Below are positions 39,224 to 48,619 of a stretch of DNA of 64,000 nucleotides, in pieces. Both the position numbers and the translations under genes were made by a program. Within the stretch, counting starts at the first letter, position 1. Every line of letters begins with the position of its first letter. The notes beneath the pieces were generated by a model, which was given only the letters and a program-made list of their open reading frames with translations, was not told the DNA's origin and ran no database searches. This stretch comes from Tepidiformaceae bacterium (GTDB lineage Bacteria > Chloroflexota > Dehalococcoidia > Tepidiformales > Tepidiformaceae), in assembly GCA_051003295.1 (NCBI GenBank), contig JBPCLM010000135.1:1053-65052 (forward strand). The letters are read 5' to 3'.

Positions 39224-40243
39224 CTAGCGCCGGACGAGCCCCCGGCGCGCCGCCTCTTCCAGGATCTGCACCACGTTCGTGGCCGCCCCCTTGCGGATGC
39301 TGTCCGCCACTGTCCAGAACGTGATCGCGCCCGCCAACGATGAGTCCGCGCGGATGCGGCCAACGAGCGCGTCGTCCCGCCCGGCCGCATCCATGGGCGT
39401 CGGGTACTGTTCGCTCGCGGGGTCGTCCATCAGCGTGAGGCCGGGCGCCGCTGCCATCAGGTCGCGCGCCTCCGCCGCTTCGATGGGCCGCTCGAACTCT
39501 GCCCATACCGACATCGCGTGCCCAAAGAACGTGGGGATGCGCACGCACGTCGCGCTGATCGCGATCTCCGGCGCATGCAGGATCTTGCGCGTCTCGTTCG
39601 CCATCTTGGTCTCTTCCCTGGTGTAGCCGTCTTCGGCGAAGAGGTCGATTTGGGGCACGGCATTGAACGCAATCTCACGCTTCTGCGTGCCCGAAGGCTC
39701 GTGACGCCCTTCCAGCGCCGCGCGCGATTCCGCCGCGAGCCCTTCCACGGCCGCGGAGCCTGCCCCCGCCACCGCCTGGTAGGTGCTCACGATCAACCGC
39801 CGTAGCGGGTTCACGCGGTGGATCGGCGCCAACGCCAGTACCATCGGCGTCGTCGTGCAGTTCGGCTGGCTGACGATTCCCCGGTGCCATTCGAGGTCTT
39901 CGGCGTTGATCTCGGGGATGACCAGCGGCACCTCCGGGTCCATGCGATACGCGCTCGAATCGTCGATCACGAAGCTCCCATGCGCGCGTGCAATCGGCGC
40001 GTACAGCTTCGAAGCTGCCCCCGAAGCGGAAAGGAACACCACTTCATCGGCCGCGCTGAAGCTCTGCTCCGCCGCCGCCTCGACCGTTACCTTCGCCCCC
40101 CGGAACTCCATCACCTTGCCCGCCGAGCGCGCTGTCGCAAGCAGGCGCAACCGCCCCACGGGGACGCCGCGGCTATCGAGCAGCTTCAGGAACTCGCGGC
40201 CGACGATGCCGGCCCCAACCACCGTGATGTTGTAGGCGTCCAA
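39224..40243 (-). CDS. asd: aspartate-semialdehyde dehydrogenase
   Basis: VVGAGIVGREF and SQPNCTT (active-site Cys). TTG start after GGAG. Confidence 0.92.
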   Translation of the reverse strand: MDAYNITVVGAGIVGREFLKLLDSRGVPVGRLRLLATARSAGKVMEFRGAKVTVEAAAEQSFSAADEVVFLSASGAASKLYAPIARAHGSFVIDDSSAYRMDPEVPLVIPEINAEDLEWHRGIVSQPNCTTTPMVLALAPIHRVNPLRRLIVSTYQAVAGAGSAAVEGLAAESRAALEGRHEPSGTQKREIAFNAVPQIDLFAEDGYTREETKMANETRKILHAPEIAISATCVRIPTFFGHAMSVWAEFERPIEAAEARDLMAAAPGLTLMDDPASEQYPTPMDAAGRDDALVGRIRADSSLAGAITFWTVADSIRKGAATNVVQILEEAARRGLVRR

Positions 40244-40348
40244 CCAGGGCTCCGGGGAGAGGGTTTCCTTATGGTAGCCCCCCGCAGGGCACGGGTCACG
40301 ATTTTCCGGGGTCCGGGAATCGCGTCACGATCTGTCGCGGTGGGCTGG

Positions 40349-40354
40349 TACCCT
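40349..40354 (+). promoter_or_regulatory. candidate -10 (TGgTACCCT) of a leaderless transcript
   Basis: GGCTGGTACCCT, then 6 nt, then the ATG at 40361. Same 12-mer as at 21388. Confidence 0.45.
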
Positions 40355-40360
40355 GCGCTC

Positions 40361-42184
40361 ATGCCAATCGAAGCTCTCACGCACAACGACAGCGGCGCCC
40401 TCATCTGCCCCGTCTCCGATGCCGAGTGGGACAGCTGGGTCTCCGCGAGCAAGGTACGCAACTTCTGCCGCCCCGACCCCCTCCTCGATTGGCTCGACCG
40501 CCACGGCACGGACCGCGGCTACCAGCGCGATGGCGACCTGCCCGGGTTCGACCCCCGCACCAGCTTCGGCGATTTCATCATGGCGAAGGGCCAGGCCTTC
40601 GAAGAGGCCGTCCTGCGCCACCTCGAAACCCTCGTCCCCATCGTCCACATCTCCTCCGGCTGGCAAGAGCGCCGCTCGCTCGATCGCGCCTTCGAAACGT
40701 TCGCGGCCATGGAGGAAGGCGTGCCCGTCATCGCCCAGGGCGTGCTGCGCAATCCCGAGCGCCGCACGTTCGGCGGCCTCGACCTTCTCGTCCGCAGCGA
40801 TGTCCTTGCCTGCCTCTTCCCGGGGACGCTGAGCGAAGAAGAAGCGGCCATCGCCGCGCCCGCCTTCGGCCACGGCTATCACTATCGCGTAATCGATATC
40901 AAATACTCGAACCTCGCGCTCCTGGCCGATGGCCACGCGAGCAAGGACAAGCTCGGCTTCATGGCCCAAACGTGGCTCTACAACGAAGCCCTCGGCCGCG
41001 TGCAGGAATTCGAACCACCGGCCTCCTACCTCCTCGGCCGGGGCTGGAAGCAGGGCAATGACCGCGGCCTCAGCTGCATGGAGCGGCTCGCTCGCGTGGA
41101 CCAATGGCTCCCCGAGAACCCCCGCCGGGGCTTGCTCGCGGTGGCGGACTACGCCCGCTCCTCCGTCGAATGGGTGCGGCGCGTGCGCGAACAGGGCGCC
41201 GCCTGGGAGGTCGAGACAGGCCCTTCCGTGCACAAACTTCGCGCCAACCTCAAGAACTCCCAGGATTACCCCTGGCATGCGGCCAAGCAGGCCATCGCCG
41301 AGGCGCAGCAGGACCTGACGAAGATCTGGTGGGTGCCGCCGCACCGCCGCGATGCCGCCATCGCCAACGGCATCAGCCGCTGGGACGACGTGGCCTGCTG
41401 CGGCGCCAACCTCGGCCTGCCCACCGACAAGGCTGTCATTGTCGATGCCATCCTCGACGTGAACCGCGACCCCGGCGGCCCAGCCGTCCGCCCCGCCGTC
41501 GTACGTTCGGGCGAAGATACCTGGCGTCTCCCCTCGGCGCTCGAGTTTTACGTCGATTTCGAATGGGTGAACAACCTCAACGACGACTTCTCCCGCATAC
41601 CCCTCCAGGCCGGCGAAGAGTCGATCTTCATGATCGGCTGCGGCCACGTCGAGGCGGGCGAATGGCGTTTCTCCTGTTTCGTCGCCGAGGACCTTTCCCG
41701 CTGCGCCGAGGCCACCGTCATCGATGACTGGTTCGCGCACATGGGCGCCGTCACTGGGCGCCTCGCCCCCGGCACGGAGCCGCTCGTTTTCCACTGGTCC
41801 CCCGCCGAACTGAGCGCCCTCGATACGAAGTACAATGCCGCCCGCACCCGCCATCCCGGCCGCCAGTGGCCCGCTGTGAACTGGTACGACTTGCTGACGC
41901 GGGTGGTGCGCGCCGAACCGGTGGTCGTGCGCGGCGCCTTCAACTTCGGCCTCAAGAGCGTCGCCCGCGCCCTCCACAGCCACGGCCTCATCGAAACGCA
42001 GTGGGCCGATGGCCCGGCCGATGGCCTCGGCGCCATGGCCGCCGCCTGGGCCTGCGCCGCCGAATGCGCGGGCGACGGCTCGCGCCTCCCCGCCCATCCC
42101 CTCATGCGCGAAGTCGCCGCCTACAACGAAGTCGATTGCCGCGTGATGATGGAGACGCTGCGCTACCTGCGAGAGAGCCATTAG
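40361..42184 (+). CDS. RecB/Cas4-like PD-(D/E)xK nuclease fused to an RNase H-like 3'-5' exonuclease domain (TM0106-like)
   Basis: N-terminal half: GGLDLLVRSD...YRVIDIKYS. C-terminal half: FYVDFEWV, HWSPAE and YNEVDCRVM, which are DEDD-like motifs. Confidence 0.8.
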   Translation: MPIEALTHNDSGALICPVSDAEWDSWVSASKVRNFCRPDPLLDWLDRHGTDRGYQRDGDLPGFDPRTSFGDFIMAKGQAFEEAVLRHLETLVPIVHISSGWQERRSLDRAFETFAAMEEGVPVIAQGVLRNPERRTFGGLDLLVRSDVLACLFPGTLSEEEAAIAAPAFGHGYHYRVIDIKYSNLALLADGHASKDKLGFMAQTWLYNEALGRVQEFEPPASYLLGRGWKQGNDRGLSCMERLARVDQWLPENPRRGLLAVADYARSSVEWVRRVREQGAAWEVETGPSVHKLRANLKNSQDYPWHAAKQAIAEAQQDLTKIWWVPPHRRDAAIANGISRWDDVACCGANLGLPTDKAVIVDAILDVNRDPGGPAVRPAVVRSGEDTWRLPSALEFYVDFEWVNNLNDDFSRIPLQAGEESIFMIGCGHVEAGEWRFSCFVAEDLSRCAEATVIDDWFAHMGAVTGRLAPGTEPLVFHWSPAELSALDTKYNAARTRHPGRQWPAVNWYDLLTRVVRAEPVVVRGAFNFGLKSVARALHSHGLIETQWADGPADGLGAMAAAWACAAECAGDGSRLPAHPLMREVAAYNEVDCRVMMETLRYLRESH

Positions 42185-42206
42185 CCGGTACTTTGTGAAC
42201 AAATTT

Positions 42207-42320
42207 GGCGCCAGTTCGAAACGAGCCGGGTCTATTCCTCCCCTCGCCCACCGCAGTGGGAGAGGGGTTGGGGGTGAGGCCCGAGCGGGCAGACTGAACC
42301 CGTAGCTCTGAACTGCGCGC
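42207..42320. mobile_element. MITE-like palindromic element, copy 2
   Basis: GGCGCCAGTT...AACTGCGCGC termini. Core tcccctcgcccaccgcagtgggagaggggttgggggtgagg is identical to the copy at 3741. Confidence 0.55.
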
Positions 42321-42455
42321 GGTCCTCCCGTTGGCGGTGAGCCAGTTCGAAGCCATGCTCCCCGCACTCGCGAAGTAAGCACCAGGCGGCGGTTGCGCGC
42401 CCGTCGGCGCCACATCCGGTATGCTCCGGGGGACATATCGCTCCCAGAGGCTCCT

Positions 42456-43331
42456 GTGTCCAGCCACATCGCCGCCTCCCTCGCCCTGCTCCTTGCCGCC
42501 CTCCCCCTGGTCGCCGCCTGCGGTGGGGGTGGCGACGCGCCCCCGATGGCCACCCGGATCGGCGGCTCCATGATCCTCGCCACCACCACCAGCACCCAGG
42601 ATAGCGGCCTCCTCGATCTCCTCGAACCGCTCTTCGAAGCGCAGACCGGCATCGACCTCAAGGTCATCGCCGTCGGCAGCGGTGCCGCGCTGGAGATGGC
42701 CGCCCGCGGCGATGCCGACGCCGTCCTCGCCCATTCCCCCGCGGCCGAGTCCGCCAGGGTCGCCAGCGGCGACCTCAGCGAAGGCCGCCTGGTCATGCAC
42801 AACGACGTCGTGCTCGTCGGGCCGCCCGCCGACCCGGCGCGCGCGAAAGGCTCCCCCAGCCTCGATGCAGCCATGTCCGCGGTCGCTGCGCGCGGTCCCT
42901 TCATCTCGCGCGGCGATGACTCCGGCACCCACAAGAAGGAACTGGACCTCTGGCGCACCGCCGCCATCGACCCCGCCAGCGTGAAACAACGCGAAGAGAC
43001 CGGCCAGGGCATGGGCGCCACCCTCAACATCGCCAGCCAGAAGCGCGCCTACACCCTCACCGACCGCGCGACCTACCTCGCTCTTCGCCCATCGCTGGAG
43101 CTGGAAGTCGTCTTCGAAGGCGCGCTCGCGCTGCTCAACATCTACCACGTCTACATCGTTAACCCTGCGAAGCACCCGGGCGTCAAGTCAGCACAGGCGC
43201 GCGCCTGGGCGGCCTTCATGGTCGCCCCCGAAACACAGCGCGCCATCGCCAGCTTCGGCATCGACAAGTACGGCGAACCACTCTTCGTGGCCGATGGCGG
43301 CAAGGCCGAAGCCTCGCTGAGAGAGCCCTGA
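42456..43331 (+). CDS. tupA: tungstate/oxoanion ABC transporter substrate-binding lipoprotein (TupA-like)
   Basis: GTG at 42456 after AGAGG. Lipobox LVAAC. TTTSTQDSGLLD and RGDDSGTHKKE motifs. Confidence 0.78.
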   Translation: MSSHIAASLALLLAALPLVAACGGGGDAPPMATRIGGSMILATTTSTQDSGLLDLLEPLFEAQTGIDLKVIAVGSGAALEMAARGDADAVLAHSPAAESARVASGDLSEGRLVMHNDVVLVGPPADPARAKGSPSLDAAMSAVAARGPFISRGDDSGTHKKELDLWRTAAIDPASVKQREETGQGMGATLNIASQKRAYTLTDRATYLALRPSLELEVVFEGALALLNIYHVYIVNPAKHPGVKSAQARAWAAFMVAPETQRAIASFGIDKYGEPLFVADGGKAEASLREP

Positions 43332-44026
43332 TGGAGGCCCTCTGGGACGGCTTTCGCGAAGCCCTGCGGCTGATCGCCAGCGGCGACGCCTCCCTGCGCG
43401 AAATCGCCCTGCGCACGGTGCTCGTTTCCGGCGCCGCCACGCTCCTCGCGATGGCCGCCGGCGTCCCCGCTGGATACGCACTGGCGCGCGGGCGCTTCCC
43501 CGGCCGCACCGTCCTCCTCGCCGGCGTCAACACGGGCATGGGCATGCCCCCGGTTGTCATCGGTCTGGTCGTCTGGCTCTTCCTTGTGCGCAGCGGTCCC
43601 CTCGGCGGCCTCGAACTGGTGTACACCAAGCGCGCCATGGTGCTCGCACAATTCCTCATCGCCACGCCCCTCGTCGCAGGCTTCACGGCTGCCGCCGTCC
43701 AGTCCCTCCCCCGCGACCTGCCCGACCTCCTCGCCACGCTGGGGGCGGGCCGCCTGCGCACCCTCTGGCTCGTGGTGCGCGAAGCCAACCTCGGCCTGCT
43801 CGCCGCCGTTATGGCCGGCTTCGGCGCCGTCGTCTCCGAAGTCGGCGCATCCATGACCGTGGGTGGCAACCTCCCCGATAGCACGCGCGTGCTCACCACT
43901 GCGATCGTCACCGAAACCAGCCGCGGCCAGTACGACCGCTCGATAGCGCTCGGCCTCGTGCTCCTGGGGATGGCTTTTGCCGTGAACCTGGTGCTCACCT
44001 TCGTGCAGCAGCGGCGCGCCCGCTGA
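43331..44026 (+). CDS. tupB: ABC transporter permease (TupB-like)
   Basis: TGATG overlap. Multi-TM protein with an EAA-like loop. Confidence 0.8.
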   Translation: MEALWDGFREALRLIASGDASLREIALRTVLVSGAATLLAMAAGVPAGYALARGRFPGRTVLLAGVNTGMGMPPVVIGLVVWLFLVRSGPLGGLELVYTKRAMVLAQFLIATPLVAGFTAAAVQSLPRDLPDLLATLGAGRLRTLWLVVREANLGLLAAVMAGFGAVVSEVGASMTVGGNLPDSTRVLTTAIVTETSRGQYDRSIALGLVLLGMAFAVNLVLTFVQQRRAR

Positions 44027-45033
44027 TGGAGGTGCGCTTTCACGATGTCCGCGTAGCGCGCGCCGGCCGCGACGTGCTCGCGGTGCCCGGCCTCACATTC
44101 AGCAGCGGACGCGTCACGGCCATCCTGGGCCCGAACGGCTCCGGCAAATCCACGCTGCTGCGAACCGTCGCCGCCCTCGAACGCCCCCGCGCCGGCGGCG
44201 TAACCATCGGCGGCCAGCCCGCCCACCGCAACCGCCGCACGCGCGAGGCGGTCGCCTTCGCCTTCCAGTCCGCCATCTTCGTCTCCGGCACCCTCGGTGC
44301 GAACCTGCACCTGGCGCTTCGCCTGCGCGGCCTCCCCCGCCCGGAACGCGAAGCACGCATCGCCGAAGTCACCGCCGCGTGTGGAATCACCCACCTGCTC
44401 CCGCGCGATGCCCACCGCCTTTCCGGTGGCGAAGCGCAGCGCGCCAACCTCGCCCGCGCCCTTGCTCTGCGCGCGCCCATTACCCTCCTCGATGAGCCCC
44501 TCAGCGGCCTCGACGGCCCCGCCCGCCGCCAGCTCCTCTTCGACCTGCCCGGGCTCCTGCGCGATTTCGCCGCCACCACCCTGCTCGTCACCCACGAACG
44601 CGACGAAGCCCTGCGCCTAGCCGCCGACCTGGTCGTCCTCCTCGATGGACGCGTGCGCGCCGCCGGCCCGAAGTCCGAGGTCCTCCGGCGCCCGCCCGAT
44701 GCGGAGGTCGCCGCCTTCCTCGGTTACACCCTGCTTCCATGCGATACCGGGTTGCTCGCTATCGCCCCCGGCGCCGTTCGCCCCGGCGATTCAGGCGTCA
44801 CCTTCGAAATGATTGTCGCCGCTGTCGTGGACATGGGCACGCACCGCGAGGCCACGGGCTTCATCGGCGAAGTCCCCGTCGCCGTCCCCGTCACGGGCGC
44901 GCCCCCCGTCCCCGGCGCCATCCTCGCGCTCTGCGCCGACCCCGCCTCCGTGGTCGCCTATCCTGCGGCGCCATGCCCGTCCTCGGGTTCGTCCGTGCGC
45001 GGAGAGTGGAGCGAACTCGCGCCAGGGGCTTGA
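44026..45033 (+). CDS. tupC: ABC transporter ATP-binding protein (TupC-like) with C-terminal extension
   Basis: TGATG overlap. GPNGSGKST, LSGGEAQR and LLDEP motifs. Confidence 0.82.
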   Translation: MEVRFHDVRVARAGRDVLAVPGLTFSSGRVTAILGPNGSGKSTLLRTVAALERPRAGGVTIGGQPAHRNRRTREAVAFAFQSAIFVSGTLGANLHLALRLRGLPRPEREARIAEVTAACGITHLLPRDAHRLSGGEAQRANLARALALRAPITLLDEPLSGLDGPARRQLLFDLPGLLRDFAATTLLVTHERDEALRLAADLVVLLDGRVRAAGPKSEVLRRPPDAEVAAFLGYTLLPCDTGLLAIAPGAVRPGDSGVTFEMIVAAVVDMGTHREATGFIGEVPVAVPVTGAPPVPGAILALCADPASVVAYPAAPCPSSGSSVRGEWSELAPGA

Positions 45034-45227
45034 ACGGCGGCCCCCCTCCACGCAGACACGGGCCTCGGCGGGCGCCCGTGTAGTCGCGACGCCTCGGTTG
45101 CAAACCGGTAATTCGGCACGGTACCCCCCGCGGTCGCCGCGCTCGGCCTCGCCGCGATGATGACCTCGGCGCCCGCAGCCGCGGCACGCCTGGCGCTCAA
45201 ACGCAGGCCGCCTCCGCCCCCGCGCCC

Positions 45228-45255
45228 TTGACCGGGCCACCCCACTCGCTAGGCT
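45228..45255 (+). promoter_or_regulatory. candidate sigma-70-type promoter (TTGACC-N16-TAGGCT)
   Basis: Read directly. 27 nt upstream of the ATG at 45283, with an AAGGA RBS. Confidence 0.45.
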
Positions 45256-45282
45256 GACGGTTCACCCCCCAAGGACACCAGC

Positions 45283-46053
45283 ATGCCCGAACCCGGCATC
45301 ACCGAGCCCGTCCAGCGCCAGTTCGGCGCCGTCGCCGCCGCCTACGCGGTTAGTCCGGTCCACGTCGGAGGGCCAGACCTGGACGCGCTGGTTGCCGCTG
45401 CCGGCCTCAACGGCGATGGTGATGCGCTCGATCTCGGCTGCGGCGCAGGACACACCGCCCTCGCCCTCGCCCCACGCGCCGCCCACGTAACCGCCCTCGA
45501 CCTGACCCCCGAGATGCTCGAGGTGGCCGCCGCGCTCGCGCGCGACCGCGGCATCACCAACATCTCCTTCCGCCAGGCCGATGTCAGCAACCTCCCTTTC
45601 CCCGATGAGTCCTTCGCTGTCGTTGCCAGCCGTTACAGCGCCCACCACTACCCGGACCCTGCGCTCGCCGTGCGCGAAGCCTTCCGCGTCCTGCGCCCGG
45701 GCGGCCGCCTCTGTCTCGTGGACACGGTCGCGCCGGAGGACCCCGCCCTCGACACGTTCTGCAACGCCTTCGAACTCCTGCGCGACGCCTCCCACGTGCG
45801 CAACTCCCGCGTATCCGAATGGCTCACGATGTCCCGCGCCGCCGGCTTCGCTGCGGAGGCCGCCTTCCGCATGGACCTCGAGATCCTGACCGCCTCCTGG
45901 CTCGAACGCGCGCAGACACCGCCCGACCGGGCCGCCGCCGTACGCGCCCTCTTCGCCGCCGCGACCCCCGCCGCCCGCCAGCGCTTCGCTCTGCGCGCGG
46001 AGCCGGAAGCGTTCATCATCCCCGTCGCGCTCGTCGTGGGCCACAAGCCGTAG
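45283..46053 (+). CDS. class I SAM-dependent methyltransferase (type 11)
   Basis: ALDLGCGAGH motif I and LRPGGRL. Confidence 0.85.
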   Translation: MPEPGITEPVQRQFGAVAAAYAVSPVHVGGPDLDALVAAAGLNGDGDALDLGCGAGHTALALAPRAAHVTALDLTPEMLEVAAALARDRGITNISFRQADVSNLPFPDESFAVVASRYSAHHYPDPALAVREAFRVLRPGGRLCLVDTVAPEDPALDTFCNAFELLRDASHVRNSRVSEWLTMSRAAGFAAEAAFRMDLEILTASWLERAQTPPDRAAAVRALFAAATPAARQRFALRAEPEAFIIPVALVVGHKP

Positions 46054-46217
46054 GCTGGCCCCGCAGATCGCCCGCCCGCCGGCAAGGCCTCGTAGTCCGT
46101 GGCCCGACCGATAGGGAGGGCGTCGGTCCCGGCAGCGACCCCGCATCCCGCAGCGGCCACCGCACATTCCGCGCCCGACCGATAGCGAAAGTTCCGCGCC
46201 GGCGGGCTGTGCGTCTC

Positions 46218-46595
46218 CTACGACACGCGCAGCGCCATTTCGCCCGAAGGCAACTCCCGCTCCTCGTGCTCTTGCAACCCCGTGCCCGCCAGCGCCTCGC
46301 GCAGTTCGTCTACGGTCACGCCATCTTCCTCCCCGGGATCGATGATGAGCCACGCCTCACCCCGCCCGGCCTGCAACATCCAGCGCAGCCGGCTCAGCGA
46401 AGCCGGGTCCAGGAAGCGCCGCTCGGGCCACCAGGCCATCCGCGCTGCCGGTTCCGCCACCTGCAACGTGCTCGCGATCGACGGCCGCGGCTGCAGCCGT
46501 CCCGCCTCCGCCAACACCGCATCCGGCGGCGCTATCAGGATCAGCCCCGCGCCAGTGCCCGTGAGCCCGAGATCGGCAAGTGTGGCGATCACCAC
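46218..46595 (-). CDS. hypothetical protein
   Basis: GTG start. High GC3. No family recognised. Confidence 0.5.
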   Translation of the reverse strand: MVIATLADLGLTGTGAGLILIAPPDAVLAEAGRLQPRPSIASTLQVAEPAARMAWWPERRFLDPASLSRLRWMLQAGRGEAWLIIDPGEEDGVTVDELREALAGTGLQEHEERELPSGEMALRVS

Positions 46596-46681
46596 ACTAT
46601 CAAGAAGATAGTGGGTTGCATTGCGCTACGGATGGGATACGCTGTACGTGCGAACACAAACTCAGGAGGCCTGAAAACTCC

Positions 46682-46819
46682 ATGATCGCCACCAATCGTA
46701 TCGCCTGGTTGCTCCATCGCTGCAAGCACCGCTGGTCCGAACCCGCCCGCACGGGCACCGCCATCGCCGAATGGACCTGCCTCGACTGTCACAGCCGCCG
46801 CCGCTCGCTCGTCATCTAG
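46682..46819 (+). CDS. possible small zinc-ribbon-like protein (45 aa)
   Basis: ATG at 46682. HRCKHRW...CLDCH pattern. Followed by a perfect 14-bp hairpin. Short, so tentative. Confidence 0.35.
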   Translation: MIATNRIAWLLHRCKHRWSEPARTGTAIAEWTCLDCHSRRRSLVI

Positions 46820-46843
46820 TCCACCACCTTCGCCGCCCCCGCC

Positions 46844-46875
46844 CGAAGCCGCCGCTCGCAAGAGCGGCGGCTTCG
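46844..46875. terminator. perfect 14-bp stem with GCAA tetraloop between convergent genes
   Basis: CGAAGCCGCCGCTC-gcaa-GAGCGGCGGCTTCG. No T tract. Confidence 0.5.
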
Positions 46876-46955
46876 CTGGTCCTGCCGACGGCTGGGCACC
46901 GCCGGGTAACACAAGTTCCTCCCGACGGGATTTCCAGTACCGGCCCTCAATCTCT

Positions 46956-47567
46956 CTACGCCAGCGCCGCCAGCACCCGCGCCCGGTCCCCCGCAAGCAA
47001 CGCGCCCACATCCAGCCGCAGCCTCGCGAACGTCTCGCTCTCGATGATCCCATCGCCGCCCGGGTCGCGCCGCACGTACGCGCCCTCCCGCAGCTGGAAC
47101 CAGTCGATCGCCTTGTCGCGCGTCCGCCAGACGATGTACTCCAGCACGCCGTTGCGCTCGTAGGCCCGCTTCTTCTGGTGCACGTCGCGCGAAACCGAAC
47201 TGGAGGCGCTCTCCACGATCAGTTCGGGCGCGCCCAGCACGTAGTCATCCTCGAAGCGGTCCGGTGTCAGCCGGTAGAGCATCGCGTCAGGCTCGGGCTC
47301 GTTCTCGTCGTCGAGCAGCACCGTCGCCGGGGGGCTCCACTCCACGCCCGGCTGCGCGGCCGCGTAGGCTGCAAGCCACTCCATCATGAGGGTTTGTTCG
47401 TGAGCATGCCCCAGGACCTTGATCGGCGACGGCATGTAGACCACTCCTTCTATCAGCTCCACCCGGTGCAGCTCCTCACACTGGCCATACCGCCGGTGGA
47501 ACTCCTCGCGCGACATCACGTCGCCGTTCTCCAGCCCTATCGCCGCAGCCTCGTGTACAACTCCCAT
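46956..47567 (-). CDS. Uma2 (DUF820) family putative endonuclease
   Basis: ELIEGVVYMPSP, PEPDAMLY, and PELIVESASSSVSRDVHQKKRAYERNGVLEYIVW. Confidence 0.85.
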   Translation of the reverse strand: MGVVHEAAAIGLENGDVMSREEFHRRYGQCEELHRVELIEGVVYMPSPIKVLGHAHEQTLMMEWLAAYAAAQPGVEWSPPATVLLDDENEPEPDAMLYRLTPDRFEDDYVLGAPELIVESASSSVSRDVHQKKRAYERNGVLEYIVWRTRDKAIDWFQLREGAYVRRDPGGDGIIESETFARLRLDVGALLAGDRARVLAALA

Positions 47568-47586
47568 GCCGCCTCCACCGTCAATC

Positions 47587-48210
47587 TTACTGGTTTCGGC
47601 CCTGTTCGCCGCCTCGAAGTTCGTGCGCGCGCCGCATGGCCTCCTCGTGCCTGTGCGCCTGGTTGTCGCTCATCCACTCGCCCCGGATACCGTGGCCGTA
47701 GGTCGATATGTGGTTCTCCTCGACCTCCTCGGTGTACTCCCACGCTTCGCCTCGGGCGATCGACAGCAGCATGTTCAGCTCACCCGCGTGGTACACCACG
47801 TGCTGCGAAACCAGCAGGACGATGTCCGAGAGCGGCGCCGTCGCTCCCCAGTGCACGGGATGGGGACGGTCGAGGGCGCCGGGCCCCACTGCGGCCAGCG
47901 CGTCGTCCCAGAGCCGGAGCCCGTCATCTACCCAGGCGACAACCTCATGGAGGTACTCCTGCGAAGGGTCGATGGTGTCTCGCAGTCCGCGCGGCCACGC
48001 AGTGTCCGCCCAGTGTCGTGGTTCGCGGTCGAAGGCGTACGACCGGTACACGTGCGCCCAGCCGCCGGTGTGCTTCAGCACCCCAAGAATCGAGCGGTAA
48101 CCTCCCGCCGCCGACAGCGCTTCCTCCAGCGTCAGCGTCCGCACATTCTCCCCAAACATCCGCCGCGCCCCTGCCAGCACCTCCCGCGCAAACTCAACCG
48201 GCCCCGCCAT
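47587..48210 (-). CDS. DinB-family protein
   Basis: ATG at 48210 after GGGAGGGAGG. Four-helix DinB-like His pattern (LKHTGGWAHVY ... VYHAGE). Confidence 0.8.
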   Translation of the reverse strand: MAGPVEFAREVLAGARRMFGENVRTLTLEEALSAAGGYRSILGVLKHTGGWAHVYRSYAFDREPRHWADTAWPRGLRDTIDPSQEYLHEVVAWVDDGLRLWDDALAAVGPGALDRPHPVHWGATAPLSDIVLLVSQHVVYHAGELNMLLSIARGEAWEYTEEVEENHISTYGHGIRGEWMSDNQAHRHEEAMRRAHELRGGEQGRNQ

Positions 48211-48324
48211 GGCGACCTCCCTCCCGCGCACGACGTCACGTCGTGCATCGACGGGATACTACGCCTCCTCGCGATACCTCCCGCCGACTTCGCGCTTCAA
48301 CCCGATCGCGGCCCGCGACTCTTA

Positions 48325-48359
48325 CCTCATGCCTCATGCCTCACGCCTCACGCCTCGAT
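48325..48359. repeat. heptanucleotide tandem array, CCTCAYG family, 5 units
   Basis: cctcatg cctcatg cctcacg cctcacg cctcgat. Abuts the candidate vapBC -10 element. Confidence 0.8.
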
Positions 48360-48364
48360 ACACA

Positions 48365-48373
48365 TGATATGCT
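48365..48373 (+). promoter_or_regulatory. candidate extended -10 (TGaTATGCT) of vapBC
   Basis: AAGGAG RBS at 48388-48393 and ATG at 48401. Confidence 0.4.
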
Positions 48374-48400
48374 TGATCCGGTACACAAAGGAGCGTCGCC

Positions 48401-48619
48401 ATGCGCACCAACATCGAAATCGACGACGCCCTCATGACCAGGGCACTCGAAGCGTCGGGCCTTCCGACGAAGCGAGCCGTGGTTGAGGAGGCGCTCCGCC
48501 TGCTCATCCGCATCGAAGCGGGGCGGCACTTGATCGACCTCGCTGGCAAGGTGGAATTCTTCGAAGACTATGACCCCGAGGAGGGTGACCCCCCGCCCGT
48601 CGAGTGGGATGCTCGCTGA
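48401..48619 (+). CDS. vapB: type II antitoxin VapB (ribbon-helix-helix type)
   Basis: MRTNIEIDDALMTRALEASGLPTKRAVVEEALRLL. Overlaps the PIN gene by 11 nt. Confidence 0.85.
   Translation: MRTNIEIDDALMTRALEASGLPTKRAVVEEALRLLIRIEAGRHLIDLAGKVEFFEDYDPEEGDPPPVEWDAR

Noticed and set aside
42321-42455. Possible Moco/tungsten-cofactor riboswitch upstream of tupA.
   Set aside because: I could not recognise the conserved Moco RNA motif features by eye. Only a TATGCT -10-like hexamer is present. This needs a covariance-model scan.
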